From Rhizophagus irregularis (taxonomy: Eukaryota): a stretch of DNA of 64,000 nt. The DNA is taken from the NCBI RefSeq assembly GCF_026210795.1, contig NC_089435.1, positions 868,001 through 932,000 of the forward strand, read 5' to 3'. Below, piece by piece: positions 1-13,361 of the stretch (positions are counted from its first letter, which is position 1; each line of letters opens with the position of its first letter). A model generated the notes under the pieces. The model did not search any database. It worked only from the letters and a program-made list of their open reading frames with translations, and was not told the origin of the DNA. The position numbers and the translations under genes are program-made.

Positions 1-306
1 ATTTCATTGGTTAATATTGTTATAGCTCACCGCAGCAAGGTAAATACTAGTTAATAATAATACTATTAATTCATATCTTTTCATATCTTTGTTGATCTTT
101 TTTCTTATTAATATAACTATCGTGCTTATTCATTGAATCTATCAATGATGTTCTTAATATAAATATTCTCCGAGACTTATATTGCTTTGCAAATAAGTAT
201 GTAATATTATAAATATGTAAAAAGTTTATAAAAGTTTATAAGTCGAAATTACAACAAAAAAAACCCAAGTTCCTACAATGCGATCTATATAAAAAAATTG
301 AAAATC

Positions 307-2732
307 TCATTTTTTATCTGCTTTATCTACTTTATCTGCTTTATCTGAGTCTGTCGCCCTTGAAGTACCCGGTTTCTCTGGGAGTGAATGATGTCTGTAT
401 TCTTTTTTTGAACGTTTTTTAGGCTGATCAGAATTGTCTTCCTGTTCATCACCATCTGAACCACGTCTTTTTTCCTTACGCATGCGTTTCGAATTTTCAG
501 GAATATCTTTCCGTTCGTCAGCTAACCCTCGCCTATTTTTTGAATGTTCTTGATTAGCAATATAAATACGATTACGTTTTTTATTAGGCTCATGGTCACG
601 CTGTCTTTCTGGACTTCGTGCTCTCTTTGACTTTTTACGTTGTTCTCTTCGATCATACCCTTGACGTTTTTCTGTCGACGTGATTTTTGAAGACGTTTCC
701 TCTATTTTATTATGTTCTTTCTTCTCTTTTGGTTTATTACGCCGATTGTACTCATGACTTGACTCATATTGTGGTAAGCTGATAATAAAGATCACATTAG
801 AACACTATAATACTATACGAATATGGTTTGTAACTTACTCTTTAGGTTCTGCAGGTAAAGGATCTGTCCAGAGATAATCATGGTCCAATGCTTGAAATGC
901 ATTTAGCCGTTGTCTTGGATCAAGTACAAGTAATTTATCCATTAAATCAGCTGCTTGTTCACCATATCTTAAAAATCAACAACTTTAGATTATTAGTCTG
1001 ATCAAATAAATCAAAATTTGTTTTTTTTTAAAAAAAAAAAAGATTATTCTCTCAACCTTTCGTATTCAGCTATTACTTTTCGTGGAGATTCTTTTTCAGG
1101 CTCGACTTGCAGATCTGATATTCCCAAGTCTTTAAAGGTATCAGTTGTTGGTGTCCCGCACAATTTATAGATAATTTCTAACTGATGAATATCAGAATTA
1201 CCTATAATTATATTAAAGCAATAAACGACACTTAGTTATTGTTAATATCTCTGATATGGGCTACACTATATTTTATAATTTTGTTAAAATTGACAATAAC
1301 CCATCAGTATTGGTTGTCTTTTTAACATCTCGCCAAAAACGCAACTAGAAAAAAAATTTCATAAATGAGTATAATGTATAATAATTAAGAACAGTAAAAA
1401 TTTTATTATCTACTTACCCAATTGCCCACATATCAATCGCGGGTGTATATCGTTTTGCACCGAGTAATAGTTCTGGTGATCTATACCACCGCGTTACCAC
1501 GCAACCTGTTAATGATTTATCGTTTATTATCGGACGGGAAAGGCCAAAGTCTGCAATCTTAAGAATGCCGTTATTATCAATTAACAAATTGGCAGCTACA
1601 AGAAAAATTAATTGTACAATTGTGTGAGTGTGAATTAAAATTTAATTAAAATTCGATTTATTATTTTTTTTTTTCTATAGTTTTTATAGAGAAATACCTA
1701 CCTTTCAGATCACGATGTAATATTCGTTGCTAATTAAGAAAATTCAAATTAAATATAATATCTTCAAGATTATTTTACAAATTAAATTAAAACTACACAC
1801 TTGATGCAGATAAAAGGTCCCTTCTAATAATTGCCTTAGATAACATTTGATTTGTGGAGCAGCGAATTGGACATCTTTATTTTCTAGGAGCCCAGCTAGA
1901 TCGTGATCCATATAAGGAAAAACCATATATATTGAAGGTTGATCTTCCTTATCACCTTTAAAAATAAATTTCTTGGTTACGATTTGCGTTTTTTAATAAT
2001 TAAACTGAAGAAAATTTACCAAGAAAATTTACCATATTCAAATGCCATATCACTCAATGTGACCACATTTGGGTTACTAAGTTGCCGGAGGATCTTGATC
2101 TCTCTAATCGCAGTAATTGGAATGCCTTCTTTTTCATTATGCATCAAGATCCTTTTCAGAGCAACAACGTTCTTTGTCTTTTTATGAATGCCTTTGTGTA
2201 CCTCACTATTATGTAATTGTAATTAACGAATTACAGTGAATAGACGCAAATGTAACTTCGGAAACAAGTATTGGAGATCTAATTATAAACTTGTATATTT
2301 TCATACCCAAATGTTCCCTCACCAAGTTTATCCTTTATCTCATAGTCAGTTATTGAAGAACACCCTACAAATGTGTGATCACTAAAATAAAAATAAAATT
2401 AATATATTAAATAATTTAAAAAAATGAATAAATGAACTCTTGTAAAGATCAAAATATATTTCATACGGATAAAAGTTATGGGGAGGGCTATAAGATTGTA
2501 CATTTTTCGGTGTTTTAATTCTATAGGGGGAACCGGCGGGAGTAACAACACTACAGCCTCCATTTTCGTCACTGTATATTCCTTGAGCTTCATTGCCAGA
2601 ATCATTGAAAGAAAAATGTTCCTCTTGCGATGAAGGCCTTGAAGGTGCATCCGCAGGACTAATTGGATGCTCATTTGTTTTATAAGTAGATGAGGGAGAG
2701 GCTGATAGGTTTAAAGCATCGTCAGCTGTCAT
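307..2732 (-). CDS. BUR1: CDK9/BUR1-type cyclin-dependent kinase, multi-exon, with a basic low-complexity C-terminus
   Basis: Spliced exons give [33 protein letters not shown] (PITAIRE), [28 protein letters not shown] and [15 protein letters not shown]; short GT-AG introns. Confidence 0.88.
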
Positions 2733-2991
2733 TATGTATTTTGAAGGTATAACTAAAAATTAGAGAGTTTTTGCTATTATGAAGGAAGGAAATATTTATT
2801 TTTTTTTTTATTTCAATAAATGGAGAATTGAACTGAAGATACTCTGAAGCTCAAATATTTATACAGAACATTATCAAACTATCATAAGTCACGTGCTTTG
2901 ATGTAATCTTAAATCAACATAATTACTAACTGGCTAAATTACTCATTAAAAATATCATTAAATATAGTATTATATGCATAAACTAATAAAC

Positions 2992-4031
2992 TTAGTACGG
3001 AGATTTTCCAATTCTTTCACATAAAGTTTTCCAATAAGTTTCATGATGATATTCAAAAGCGTTCGATCCGCCATACTCCGACTCTAATTGATTTTCGTTA
3101 ATAAAATCTAAACAATTAACCCATTGGGCGTTTTGAACCGTTTTACCAGGATTATGTATATCTACGAACTTAATTTTGTTTTTTGTAACGGGATCAATAA
3201 AGGGAGATAATAATTTAAAAAATCCCCAAAAATACCAAGGAGCTAAAAAAAAAAATGAATTTCATTTAATTTTTTTTAAAGAAAGAAATTAAATATAAAT
3301 ATATATATTTATATATTCACCATTAATAATCAAAGAATATCCTAATCGTTCAGGATAATGAGAACTCAAGGCATGCATAAATTCTTTAGCAACTCCCAAA
3401 CCGGGACTACTTCGAGCGGTACATTTATTAAAATCAATAATAATTACAATGTTTTCTACATTTTCCGGCATTATTGTAATTGCGCTTTCGAAATTAAATA
3501 TTACAAAGCGTAATTGATCAGGACCAGGTAAAGTATTCTCCAATCCAGGTCTCAAATAAAAAATTGGGCGACCATTATTATCAAATCCATTTAAATGTTG
3601 TTTACCTGTAACAGCCTTAATTAAATACATAAAAAATTCATCAGCAGTTAGCGTTTATAAATACTTTTTATATAGTAATCATTAATTAATACCTCTGCTT
3701 CAACCGTTTTAGGATCAATATCCGAAGGTTTATATTCTCTTCTCCATTCTAGACTATATTTTATTCTATTCTTTGCATCTGTTAAATTCCACTTAGCTGC
3801 TCGCAAATTACGTTTTAAGCAAGCATCAGATGCCCAATTTTTTTCTTCTTGATAACGATCATCTTCCTTTGGGAGTAAAATGCTATCTACGTATTCTCTG
3901 ACTTTACTAAATTTTTCTTCCTGTTCTGCAGTAAGTTCAGGAGGAACGGGTAAAGTTACATTATCAGGACAAGTTAAAATTGGAATTTTGGTATATAGGG
4001 ATTTAATATCTGTCTCTTTATTATTTGTCAT
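2992..4031 (-). CDS. CRAL-TRIO/Sec14-family lipid transfer protein (PDR16/17-like), 3 exons
   Basis: CLKRNLRAAKWN...SLEWRREYKP (CRAL-N), GFDNNGRPIFY, HYPERLG..LIINAPWYFWGFFKLLSPFIDPVTKNKI, QLESEYGG; TAA at 2992-2994. Confidence 0.9.
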
Positions 4032-6846
4032 TTTAAATTTTTAAAAGTAAACATTAAAACAGTAGAAAATTTGAAAAAGAAATATTCGGACATTTTTATA
4101 CTTTCTTAAGAGATACGGAAAATAATAAATCCTTTTTTTTTTGATGCAGCTATAAATACCGTGCAAACATTACTGTAACACCTAAGCACCTAAGATTATA
4201 GGGGTCGTTGTCACACATTATTCCTCGTTTATAAGGTAAAGTTTTCTTTAAGATGCATAAGTTCCGTATCCAATTAATTTCCTTTGAGTTGTAATATAAT
4301 CCCTTTAATGTCGAAAATATACCAGCAACGAGATGAATAAATAGAATAAATAAGTATTTTTTTTATTATCATTTTATGATGGAGCTTGTCAACCTCACTT
4401 TTTTAAATATGAATTTCAAACTGAAGTTGATCAAGTCTTACGTAAGATGGTTCGAGATTCAAATTTTTTAATCACATTATTTGAAAAATTGTATTAAACG
4501 TGGGGATTTCCGATCCAGATTTCTTCCAGCATCTGAAAGTTCTTTACGAGCGAAACCAATAAAGAAATAAAATAAAACCTCCATAAATGCGTAGTAGGTG
4601 GACATTGTACAACGGAACTGCGCATTGAAGTATCTCGGAAAGTCTAGTTGTCTTTGTAAGTTTAAAAAGAACATCGAGAATCCCCCAACAAGGGGAGAAG
4701 ATTGTGACTTTTCCTGGAGAGTTGTATTCCCGTTAAAATTCCAGGAGTTGCAACGGTAGATATAATTGCGGGAAACTTAGATATATCGAGAATTTTATGA
4801 AATTCTTTGTAAATGCTTGATATTCTTATGCTTTTTATGCTTTTATATCTGTTTTAATTTAGCACATTAATGATTCATTGTTAATGCAACTTTGGAAATT
4901 CATGATAATAATATTAAACAAGAAAAAGTCTTATCAACCTTTTGGAAATAAAAAAAATACATCCGTAATTTATTACTTGTCAAAGTACAATCGGAATTCT
5001 TAATGTCTGAATCAAATATTTAAATATTTAGATAATGACTAATTTTCATAGGGGAGAAGACCTTTGTAGTTTGTGATTATAAAAGGTGATCGGGCAAGAA
5101 TTTATTTTTAGAACTAAAATGAAAAATAATAGAATTCATAAATCAACTTTTTTTTCTCCTTTGTTTTCTCAATTTTCTTAGCTTTCTTGACTTTTTGGAC
5201 TGACATCTTCAACGCCCAAACCGGTTTCTTCAAGTTCAAGGAAGTCGCATCATGCTTTCAACATTCCTCTTCAAAGAATTTCCAAAACATTTCAGACATC
5301 ATGTCAAGGTCAAACACGTGACTATAACAGTCTAATAAACGCCTTACAAATGATGATATATGATTGAACAAAATCATAAGAGAATGATGTTATAAAGATG
5401 TTATAAACTTTTCTTCATTCTGAAGTGAAAGGATTATTTTTTAAAAATCGTCCATCTGAGTCTTATTGGGTTTAAATCATGTTCTTTGGCACCTTTCTTA
5501 TTTCTTTATTGTTGCGCCTCATCATTGAGATTATTACTGAGACCATTGGCGGTCACTTCCAGTTGTCTCCATCATCTGAATCAATATAATCTTTAATAAA
5601 TTTAAGTTGGTTAAATATTCTCTGAGATCCTATTATCCGTTATCCTTGTTCGTGATATCGATTTTTACATAGGTGATATCCATTATTATTGGTAGTTTTA
5701 TGTTAAGCTGAAACATGAATGTCGTGAACTTGTTTGTTTTGTGTTGGATATGCAAAAATTATCAAATGTTGATAATATTCGATTTGCACAAAATTTCCAT
5801 AAGAAATGCTACCTGGATCTTAAATGTCCACAAGAGGCAATCATAAGAAATTGAATTATTTGACATTTTGACTGATTAAAGGTTTTTTTCATCGATTCCA
5901 ATTCTCTATTATTTTTTATAAATAAAATAAAAAATATAAAGAATGATAAGAAAAGAAAGAAAAAAATAAAGAATTTAATAAAAAATTAAAAAATAAAAGA
6001 AAATAAATAGTAGAAATATCAAGAATTAAAAGAAAAGATAAAAGATTTTAATATTTTGTATTAGTTATTTACGGGGCGCATGAAAAGTAGGTTTGAAGGA
6101 GGGAAAAGAAATAGGTAAGGATATTAAGGTGACAAATTGCGTGACGACCGTATAATGATTTTTTTTTTTAGAAATAAAAAATAATGTTTTATTACACAAG
6201 GTTGACATGTGATTCCTATATTTTAACCAATATTGTATATATTAAAAAATAAACGTGTTTCACAGAATTTTGCTAAGTTAAATAATCATTACATCATATT
6301 TTTTTGCGCCAATTTAAAAATAAGTAGTATGTTTTGTAAAATTTATGCCGCGCCATCATTACTTGGTAAGGTTATGTATTTTATTCTTTTATCCTTTAAT
6401 TTTTTAATAGCAAAAGAAAGATTGCAAGTGAAATTATAGTGAATGCAATCAATGGTCAAATGTTTTTATTTGTAAAAGCTATGCTACATATTATAAATTA
6501 AATAATCAGGTATTAATTATGTACTTTGTCCTAATAATAAATTACATATTCAATAATAAAATAAATATTAACAATTATATATATACATATGATAATATGA
6601 TGATTTTTTTTTTTTTAAAAAAAAAAATAAAAAAAATAAAAAATGTTTAAATTCTATATAACAAAGGAATTTTTTTTTAAAAAAAAATTATTGAATTATT
6701 TCGCGAATTTTTTTCGTATGTTAGTCCATCAAAAATATTATGACAATTTTTGTCCAAAACTTCCGGTATCTGTATGCTTTTCATACAGACTATACTCGTT
6801 TTTTCAACAGGGAAATGATTTTATCAACGATGTAGTCAAATGATTA

Positions 6847-9741
6847 TTAGAGAGGAGGATCATCTAAAGAATTGCAGTTGTATCAGTAAGTGATGAAACA
6901 TGAATACAAATATATCTCCTGAATGATTTGGAAATAGAAAGAATATTAAAGTTCTTTACCATCTGGAAATTCGCGGTTATCATCATCATCTGCTGCAAAG
7001 TTAATAGCATGAGTATCAGAATAGAACATTATCGAACAAGAAAAAAATTTTCTTACCATCCAGAATTTCATGGTCATCATCATCTGTTGCAAAGTTAAAA
7101 TTGGCGTGAGTATTAAAGATAGAACTTGAATAAATAAGAAAAAAAATGTTACCGTCTGGAATTTCATAACCATCGTCATCTTTATGTTAAAATGATAAAA
7201 TAGGGTAAGTATCAGGATAGAGTATGGACAAGTAAGAAAAAAAGAATTGTATAAGTTTCATACCATCCGAAAGTTCCTTACTATCATCCGGAAGTTCTTT
7301 GCTAATGCCTATAAAGTAAAGTGCGTGAATGTCAGAACAGAGCACGAACAAATAAGAAAAAAGTATATAAAAATTTCTTACCATCCGGAGGTTCTTTGTT
7401 GTCGTTCAGAAGTTCTCTGCTATCATCCGGAAGTTCTTTGCTAATGACTGTAAAGTAAAAATGCGTGAATGTCAGAACGGAGCACGAACAAATTAAAAAA
7501 GTATATAAAATTTCTTACCATCCGGAGATTCTTTGTTATCATTCAAAAGTTCTTTGCTATCATCCAGAAGTTCTTTGCTAATGTCTGTAAAGTAAAGGTG
7601 CGTGAGTATTAGGACTGAGATGAATAATTAAGATGAATACAAAAGTTCATACCATTTGGAAGTTCTTTGCTAATGTCTGTAAAGTAAAAGTGCGTGAATG
7701 TCAGAACAGAGCACGAACAAATAAAAAAGTATATAAAAATTTCTTACCATCCGGAGATTCTTTGTTATCATTCAAAAGTTCTTTGCTATCATCCAGAAGT
7801 TCTTTGCTAATGTCTGTAAAGTAAAGGTTCGTGAGTATTAGGACTGAGATGAATAATTAAGATGAATGTGAAAGTTCATACTATCTGGAAGTTCTTTGCT
7901 AATGCCTGTAAAGTAAAAGCGCGTGAGTGGATTGAGCATGAAAAATTATTAAAAGAATGCAAAAGTTGTTTACCATCCGGAAGTTCTTTACTATCATCTT
8001 GAGATTCTTTGCTAATGTCTATATATAGTAAAATGCATGTCAGCATAGGACATAAGCAAAATAAGAAAAAAAATTGTAAAGATTCCTTACCGTCGGGACT
8101 ATCGTTATTATCTACAAATTAAAAAGATGAATGAATATAAATATAGAATAAACAAATAAATAAAAAAGTAGATTTCCATTACCATCTAAAAGTTCATCAT
8201 CAATATCTGCAAAGCAAAAACACGTTAGGTGTTAAGATGAAAATGAGAAAATAAGAAATACTGTATGTAGTATAAATTTTCTTACCTGGAAGTTCACGAT
8301 CTTGATCATCATCAACTTCTGCAAAAGTTAAAATTGGATGAGTTTCAATATAGGGCACGAACAAATAAGATATGATTTAAGAATTTACCTGCAGATGGTT
8401 CTTGCGGTTTAGGAGGTGGATTATATATTTTTGCACGATATCTTCTGTCCTCTTTGCTTTTTTCATCATCAGCTTCCTCAAATTGTTTCGCTTCCTCATC
8501 ATTGCGGCTCACCTCAGTAGGAAACCAACCAAGAACGGATTGCCATTCCATTATTTTTTCTTTAATATCTAGCGCAGTTGGCCGTTTTTGTGGATCACTA
8601 TTCCAACAATTTCTTATCAAAGTTGCATAACATTCAGGCATTTCTTTGGGAATGTTAGGTCTTCGACCTCTCTTGATCTGATCGGCAAGTGCTTCATCAT
8701 CGGCGAGATCTGCATAAGGTTTTTCACCAGTTCCCACTTCCCATAAGATCATTGCAAAGCTATAAATATCAGATGCTTCAGAGTATGGATTTTTATTTAA
8801 TACTTCAGGAGCAATGTAAGGTGTGACACCAATAATTTTTTCCGTTTTTTCTTCACTGGCTTGTTTAGATAACCCCAAGTCGGTAATTCGTGAGGGATAC
8901 AGAAGATCTTTGAACTGCAAAATATTTCCAGTATGGAGATCACGATGTGTCATACCAGTCACATGAATTATTTCTAAGCCCGCGACTATGTTTCGAAGAA
9001 TATCAAGTTTCCGACGCCAATATAATTTAGCTTTGTTATTTTGAAGATATGTTCGTAAATCACCATTTTCAGCGAATTCCATTACTATTGCATAATCTTT
9101 TGTATCCGGATTTTGAGTGATACCGAGATAGCTAATAAGATGACGACTAGCACATTTAAAATATGCTTCAAGCTGCAAATTGAATTGTTTAATAAGTTAA
9201 TTAAAAAAATGGTGGCATAATACAATTAATGACATTAATAACGTTGAAATATGTATATGATTATATAATGATATAATACCTCAGTGATAAAATTATCACT
9301 AATATTGTCCTTCATAGTTTTTATAACAACTTGCATTTTTCCTTGTCTATGCCATTGTTTTTTATTATGATTCCATCGTACAACATAACCATTTATCCAA
9401 GTTGCCAGAGATATTGTTCCAAAACCACCTTCAGCAAAATCTTTTTTGTCTATTTCAAGATCTTCATAGGGAATCCATTCAAGAAAAAGGATAGTGTTAA
9501 TAAGGGAAGGCCTAACGTATTTAACTAATTTGTCAATTTTTTCGTTTCCGCATGACCAATTTTCATATTCTTTTTGATATCGCTCTTGAATACAAGGTTG
9601 GCAAGGGAGTTTGTCTATTTTACACTGATTACATTTTGAACAGTTGTGCGGCATTGGCCTACGTAGAAAATCAAGATATGAAAAACAAGAACGTGCTTTG
9701 ACTCCTTTCTTTCCTATTGTGAAAGGATTTGTAAAATACAT
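6847..9741 (-). CDS. TKL protein kinase with intact motifs and a micro-exon-encoded acidic tail (~586 aa, 16 exons)
   Basis: Exons 9741-9280 and 9172-8389 carry CxxC, AEGGFG, VVIK, HRDLHTGN, DLG, APE and SDIYSF; then 13 micro-exons (8318-6960) and a last exon 6863-6847. Total 1761 nt, in frame. Confidence 0.85.
6960..8318 (-). repeat. Tandem exon-intron repeat array of 13 micro-exons, with a 21-nt internal unit (DSKELPD)
   Basis: Recurrent TTTACAG acceptors and G|GTAAG or G|GTATG donors; near-identical 229-bp duplication (exons at 7519/7748 and 7653/7882). Confidence 0.9.
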
Positions 9742-10805
9742 GTTTTTAAAATTAAATAAGACAAGAAGAGAAACGAAGAATTATTTTATAGGTTACCCAA
9801 TTTATAAATTCATTAACATACACAATTTGATAACAAATTCTTATTGGAAGGAAGAAATTTCTGAACATGCTACAAATAGGAGATTCCTTTTTTGGAATGG
9901 CATGATTGGGATGAATTGATCAACAAAAACAAATAATTCTTTATAAAGTTTCTTTATTTCTCAATTTCATTTTTAAGCTGAATAAGCACAATTGCCACAA
10001 AAAGTTTATAATTAATCATTTTCATTCGAATAATAAATAATAAATTTAGTTATTTTTTTTAGGATAAGGTGATTTATTTAATTATTTACGGAATCCAAGG
10101 CCGCTCATATTGCTATTATGTGTCACACTGTGAAGTTATCCGTTGCACAATTTAATTACAATGAAAAAAATTTGGCGTTTTAAGGAGAGAACATTCTGGG
10201 CAAAACCACAGAAATATCCAAATTTGTCAAATTGGCTTAAATTCTTTAAATTTTTGTTTATTTTTTTATTTACATACACGGAGTGAGTTTATGCGAGTGT
10301 TACAGAATTGCATGCATTGTTGGATTTGTTTGTAAATTAAATTAAATTAATTAAAAATATTTAGTGTTTACATTTTTTTATATAAATAGAATATATAATA
10401 AAGCCAAATCTTAAAAGAGTATTATTGGTTATTTACCAGCAAAATAATTTTTATTATATTTTCGATCGTTGAAATTATAAAAGATTATATATTATAATAA
10501 AATCTTTTTCATCAATTCTTTTTATTTGGTATAATGAAGACAAATTTAACAAGCAAATGATTATTACTATAATTATAATTCTTTATTATATAAAAAAAGG
10601 AAAAAGTTTCAGAATTTGTAGAATTTGTTTGGAAATGGAGATCAGCTCATCAGCATGTGTAACAAATTTATTTTTTCTAGAGAGTGGAACGGTATGAATG
10701 GATGCCGTGTTCCATTTAATAGATATCATATAAATGACTGAATAGATTTTAAAAATTATTTAATTATTTTATTTAATTATTATATTGTAAAAGAAAACAA
10801 TTATC

Positions 10806-13157
10806 ATGAAAGAAACATTTTCTAGTTTTACCGTTGATATGTCAGAGTGCGTTAAAGATCATGGAATAAATATTATACAAACAACCGCAGATATTATTCA
10901 AAATTTAGAACCACATTTTGATATAGCAATTAAAATAGCATCTTATATATTAGTTATTTATGATAAAGCTAAAACTAATAAAAAAATTTGTAGAGTATTT
11001 GCTGATAGAGTAGATTTAGCTTTAACATCAATAAAATATTTACAAAGGCATATTGATAAAAATATTGAAAAATTTCATGAAAAAAGTTATTTTGAAAGTT
11101 TTATGCATTTTATTGAAGTATTAGAACATATTAAAAATTTTGTTGAAGAAGTTTCTGAATTTAAAGGTTTTAAAAAATTTTTCGTTGCTAGTGTTGTTAA
11201 TCAACAACTTAATGAAATTAGAGATGATTTTGATAATTGTTATAAATCATTACAACTTGCTATTGCTATTGATGATGTTGTTAATCGTGAAAATGAAAAT
11301 GAAGAGATAAAAAGTGATTTAAGTCAATTAAAAGGTTTTTTTGAAGATATTAAACATAGTTTTAATATAACTGATCAAAAATTATCAATTATTACTGCAA
11401 AAATTGAAATGTTGGAAAAAAATTCTTCGATTTTGGATAAATCGAAACCGCCTACAATTGGTCCGGAAAATCTTATAGTACCAGAAGATATCATAGAACG
11501 TAATAGTGTTGTATTAAGAAAATATAGAAATTTGGATGTCGCTTGTAAGCCAACTAAATATTCAACTGACGATAATAATCCAGAATCAAAAAAAGCTGGT
11601 GCAACTTTAACGATTTGGAATGAATTAAGTGAATGTCCTTATATAATTAAATTTCTTGGAGTTTCAAATTTGGATATTTATAATGAAAATGTTACGGTTC
11701 TAGAATGGGCTGAATTTGGAGATTTAAAAAGTCTTTATGAGAGTAAGAATCTTAATTGGAAACTTAAATTAAGTATGGCGAGAGATGTTTTTCGTGGTCT
11801 TTGTTTCTTGAATCATATTCGTAAGTTCCATTTATTTTATTAATTGCCGGTATTTTACGTCCGTGAACTAATTTCATATGAATAATAGGTGTTTTACATC
11901 ATGATGTTAGATGTGAAAATATTTTGGTAAGTTCTTTGATTCATCAATATACTCTAATTACTCTATGTTGAATTTATATTTAATTTATATATTTTAAATA
12001 CTGTAGGTGGTTGAAGGATTTAAATGTAAAATAACAAATTTTACTTTAAGTCGTAAAACACAATATGTAACTTCCAAAGTACATGATGGTGAGAGTGTGA
12101 AACAAATGATGCGTTGGATGGCTCCTGAGAAACTTAAACCTTATCAAAAATCAAATCAAAATACGAAGATAGAACCATATACTTATGCATGTGAAATGTT
12201 TAGGTATGTCGAACGAATTGGCTAAAAAAGATTAAAAAAAATAAATCTTTTAAAATTCTTTCCTTTTTTTTTTTTTATAGTTTTGGAATGCTTCTTTGGG
12301 AACTTTCTTTTAATAGAGTACCATATAAAGATATGGAATATGAATATGATGAAATAGTTGAACATGTTATGAGTGGAAAACGAGAAACGTTAAACTTTGT
12401 AAATTGTCCACCTGATATAATTGATGGTTTCACCGAAATTATTACATCGGCATGGCAGCATGAAAATCGTAAACGTCCATCAACCCAAAAGGTCTCAAAA
12501 ATTCTTGAATCATTATATAAATCTCATGAAAATAATTTGTTAAATTTAAATGAAGAAACAAATTATGAACCTCAAAAATCTCAAGAAAGTTCTTTTACTA
12601 CCTCTACCATTTCTACCAATAATAACGCTATTGAAGTTGTTAATAAACATGTCATTGATCTTTTACCATTATCAGATGGTATTGAACATCATAATACAAA
12701 GGCTAAGAGAACAAAATCAAAACAAGATTATAAAATTTGTTGGGAATGTTTCAATGCACATGCAAATATTGGTAATAAAACGGCTATGTATTGGAAAGGT
12801 CTTTATTTATGGAAAGGTTTTGTTGAAAAGAATCAAATTGAAGCAAAAAAATTATTTAAAATTGCAGCTGACGCTGGAATGGCTGATGCTCAATTGGAAT
12901 ATGCTTTTGCTTATGATAGTAAGAATCTTAAAAATCCTGATTTACCTTTTGATAAAAAAGAATGTTGGAAATATTTAAATATGGCCGCTGAAAATAATAA
13001 TTCTATAGCATTATACCACGTAGGTATTACTTATTATAACGGAAAAATGGGAGTAAAACAAGATAAAGAAAAAGGTATTGGATATCTTAAACTTTCCGCT
13101 TTACAAGATAATCCTAAAGCAATTGAAACATTAGATAAACACGGAATTAATCTTTAA
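10806..13157 (+). CDS. MLKL-like N-terminal helical domain + pseudokinase + C-terminal Sel1 repeats (~708 aa)
   Basis: Exons 10806-11820, 11889-11926, 12007-12203 and 12281-13157 (2127 nt, in frame). N-terminus YDKAKTNKKICRVFADRV...LEHIKNFVEEVS..GFKKFF resembles MLKL_NTD; kinase fold VACK, HHDVRCENIL, ITNFTLSR (DFG changed to NFT), RWMAPE; Sel1 motifs AADAGMADAQ and AAENNNSIALYHVG. Confidence 0.85.
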
Positions 13158-13361
13158 TAGTTAGTTATCTGTTATCTAAATTTCTTTATTTTATTTTGTT
13201 TATATTTATTAAATTATAAATTATAATAGTCTTTATATGTTAACATTAAATAAAACAAATCATATCTTTATAAAAAAAAAAATTATTATCTAGTATTGTT
13301 TGTTTATAATTTATAATTTTACAAGTTGATGATAAATTTAAAGGTACTGGAAATTACAAAA

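Noticed and set aside
5150..5900. Coding-like minus-strand stretch
   Set aside because: Stops in all frames and no recognisable family; possibly an old pseudogene, but this cannot be supported.
6946..7824. Short ORFs in the repeat region as separate genes
   Set aside because: Explained by the micro-exon/intron array of the kinase.
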